In this document: positions 23,704-25,768 of the stretch, one piece after another
How positions within the stretch are numbered: position 1 is the first letter of the stretch
Layout: every line of letters starts with the position of its first letter
Notes under the pieces: model-generated
The model's input: the letters and a program-made list of their open reading frames with translations, nothing else
What the model was told of the DNA's origin: nothing
Database searches by the model: none
Program-made: the position numbers and the translations under genes
IMG/VR virus record: IMGVR_UViG_3300031334_000014
Span: 1 to 25,768 of that record
Direction: 5' to 3' (one strand)
Length of the DNA: 25,768 bases
Source of the DNA: a virus
Taxonomy: Duplodnaviria; Caudoviricetes

Positions 23704-24080
23704 GCGCGCCCAAGGTTAAGCCGCTGGTGTGGGTTCACGGTATAGTTGATTTGTCAAAGCCCCAGCCCGGAATGAGATACGTAGCTTGCTCAACGTCTCC
23801 TAGTCCTGCTTGGACTTGGTGGCTTAAAGGCGAGGAACACACAAGGGCCGTTTTCCTAAGCGAAGCTGAGTGTAAAGCCGCCGCGCAAGCCGATTACGAG
23901 CGCCGCATACTTGACGCGCTGGAGCCAGGCACCGAAGCCGACGCCCTGCGCGCTGAGGTGAAGCGGCTGAGGGAGGCGTTAAAATTTTACGCTCCTATTG
24001 AAATTGCTGGTGTTAAGTATGCAGGCGGAGACGACGCAGGATGGCGCGCCACCGCCGCCCTAGCGGATGCCACCCAATGA
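23700..24080 (+). CDS. Hypothetical protein
   Basis: VKPLVW...KAAAQADYERRILDAL motif typical of alphaproteobacterial phage early proteins; ATGA overlap. Confidence 0.7.
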   Translation: MSAPKVKPLVWVHGIVDLSKPQPGMRYVACSTSPSPAWTWWLKGEEHTRAVFLSEAECKAAAQADYERRILDALEPGTEADALRAEVKRLREALKFYAPIEIAGVKYAGGDDAGWRATAALADATQ

Positions 24081-24280
24081 CCCGCAAACAGCCCCTCGAC
24101 TACGACGTCAGCCCCCTCACATACCTTGAGCATCAAGCGCGCCGGGGCGGCCCTTGGCGCCATCCCGCCAAACCGCCCGGATGGCAGCGGCGGCCCAGCC
24201 TAATCAGCGCCGCGTTCGTTTGGGCCGGGATCGTCGCGGCGGCGGTATGCATCTTGCTCGGCTGGTGGGCGTGGTGGTGA
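24077..24280 (+). CDS. Small membrane protein
   Basis: Start re-called at ATG 24077; C-terminal hydrophobic helix (AAFVWAGIVAAAVCILLGWWAWW). Confidence 0.6.
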   Translation: MTRKQPLDYDVSPLTYLEHQARRGGPWRHPAKPPGWQRRPSLISAAFVWAGIVAAAVCILLGWWAWW

Positions 24281-24390
24281 TTGCCGACCTTTCCCGCGCC
24301 CGCGTCACGTTTCAGCAGCGCACAATCCTGATGATACTGGAGGAAAAACCAACGGCCCGATGTGCAAACACCGAGGCGCTAGACGCACCC

Positions 24391-24708
24391 TCACCCCACC
24401 TCACCCGGCGACATACGCGGCCCCGGCCTGTTGATTTTATTCTGCGGCACGGGGTCGCTCAGCCTGCCGCGGGCTTTGTGCGGCATGGCAACTGAGGCGC
24501 AACGCGTCGGTGTGGTCTGGATTACTGCCCAATGACCGCCGGTGCTCAGAAATAGCTCGACCATGTTACCCGCGTCATCCAAGCCCCATGAATGCAACGC
24601 AAGGCCATGCTCAACCTTTAGGTATGCGGCGAGGTGGTCGCGCTTGTAGCACTCAGCGGCGGCAGGACACGCCAAAAGGACCGCCAGAGCGGTTGCAATC
24701 ATTTTCAT
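24391..24708 (-). CDS. Secreted hypothetical protein
   Basis: Signal peptide (MKMIATALAVLLACPAAA); C..R...L...G.....GL...G...E.F....G.W....T.P...C pattern; AAGGA RBS. Confidence 0.75.
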   Translation of the reverse strand: MKMIATALAVLLACPAAAECYKRDHLAAYLKVEHGLALHSWGLDDAGNMVELFLSTGGHWAVIQTTPTRCASVAMPHKARGRLSDPVPQNKINRPGPRMSPGEVG

Positions 24709-24722
24709 GTGGATTTCCTTGC

Positions 24723-24974
24723 TTAGATGCCAGCCTCAGCGGTGCGCCAAATGTCATCAATCGCCGTAATCTTGCCGTTGGCCGCATCCAGCGCTTCAAC
24801 GTGATCGGACAGTATCACCCCCAGATCGCCCAACGTTTCAGCCTGCCGATCCGGCACCGCGACCGGGGTGCGCAATTCGGTTGGCAGGTCCGGCAGCACG
24901 TTGCGGTATTCAATCGTTGCTGGACCGCAGGATGCGATTGAGCAGCACGCGAAAATCATCAGGCAAGGGCGCAT
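24723..24974 (-). CDS. o-spanin (Rz1-like lipoprotein)
   Basis: Lipobox-like IAS-C, Pro-rich segment then AL..AN.K helix; overlaps the 3' end of the i-spanin in another frame. Confidence 0.75.
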   Translation of the reverse strand: MRPCLMIFACCSIASCGPATIEYRNVLPDLPTELRTPVAVPDRQAETLGDLGVILSDHVEALDAANGKITAIDDIWRTAEAGI

Positions 24975-25230
24975 CGAAGTCTCCTTTGCGAAAGCTGTCT
25001 TTTACCCGCTCATATTGGGCGGCCCTGGCGCGCTGGCGGGCCACCTCGGATTGGGCCACGGTGGCAGCAAGCCGGGCCTGCGCGCGGGCATCCTCTAGCG
25101 CCGCCGCAGAGCGCGTCAAGCGGGCGTTGTCGTCGCGTAGGTTGCCGATGGTGCTGGACTGCCACCACAGCCCCCCAGCAAGCGCCAGGAACGCCGCGAG
25201 GATGCCTCCAGCCAGATAGGCGCGGATCAC
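24910..25230 (-). CDS. i-spanin (Rz-like)
   Basis: N-terminal TM helix, coiled coil, C-terminal PLPDD; directly after the endolysin. Confidence 0.75.
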   Translation of the reverse strand: MIRAYLAGGILAAFLALAGGLWWQSSTIGNLRDDNARLTRSAAALEDARAQARLAATVAQSEVARQRARAAQYERVKDSFRKGDFDAPLPDDFRVLLNRILRSSND

Positions 25231-25760
25231 GTCAGCCCCACCATGCAGAGCCGCGTTTCATTAGCCCGGCGATTGACCAGCCCGCGCACAATTCTGCCTC
25301 CGGATTTATTCCACCAGCCGAGCGCTGCGCAGCCGCCCGCGATGTCGCCAGCGTTCAGCCGCCGAGTTGCCGTTGATTTGCCAATGCCATAGATCCCAGC
25401 GTTGTATGCCAGCGACACATAGGCCGCGTCACGCTCTGGCGTCAGGCGCAAATCCCGTGTCTCCCGCGTAAAGTATCCATGCAGCCCGTCCCGAAACTGC
25501 CCGAGCCCGCGCTCCAGCATGGCCGAGCATTGCGCATCGGTGTATGTGTCGCCCTGCCCTACGCCACGCGTCTCGCCATAGCAGACAGTCCACACAGCAG
25601 GGCTGGCGATGGTGTCGAGATAGGCGGTGTTTTTCTTGCCCTCCCATTTTGCCACCAACGGCACAAGGACACGCATGGTCGCCGCCTCTGTGGTGTTTGC
25701 AATCGGCGCGGGAGGCGCAGCGGCACAGACAAAGATCGCGCATAGGAATGACTTAATCAT
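25227..25760 (-). CDS. Endolysin, GH24 phage lysozyme
   Basis: WEG....AYLD.......WTVCYGET catalytic E-D-T, SLAYNAG, W.K.GG....GL..RR..E...C. Confidence 0.93.
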   Translation of the reverse strand: MIKSFLCAIFVCAAAPPAPIANTTEAATMRVLVPLVAKWEGKKNTAYLDTIASPAVWTVCYGETRGVGQGDTYTDAQCSAMLERGLGQFRDGLHGYFTRETRDLRLTPERDAAYVSLAYNAGIYGIGKSTATRRLNAGDIAGGCAALGWWNKSGGRIVRGLVNRRANETRLCMVGLT

Positions 25761-25768
25761 CGGGCGAT

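Noticed and set aside
24277-24495. GTG-start ORF after the membrane gene
   Set aside because: Overlaps the convergent secreted-protein gene by about 100 nt and has no recognisable features; uncertain.

Overview
This window is a 25.8-kb segment of a tailed dsDNA phage (or prophage), probably of an alphaproteobacterium. The host call is inferred from the high GC, a DUF6456/GafZ-like protein and a stand-alone DnaA-domain-IV protein. The minus strand (1-8.5 kb) carries head completion genes, major capsid, decoration, protease/scaffold, portal, TerL, TerS, a C5-methyltransferase and a ParB-like protein. Upstream of these lie a ~450-nt structured non-coding leader, a small self-contained promoter/operator + acidic peptide + HTH cassette (acr-aca-like), a putative late activator, a DnaA-IV protein, an SF2 helicase/amino-methyltransferase pair, an AT-rich putative origin with poly-G tracts, a Prim-Pol primase and a Cro-like HTH. 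The plus strand (17-24.3 kb) carries a T1-like recombination/replication operon (AAA ATPase, SSB, YqaJ exonuclease, GIY-YIG/HTH, SF2 helicase, VRR-NUC) and small accessory genes. The right end holds a minus-strand lysis cassette (endolysin, i- and o-spanin). No integrase, tRNA or CRISPR array is seen. All products are assigned from recognised motifs and gene order only; no searches were run.
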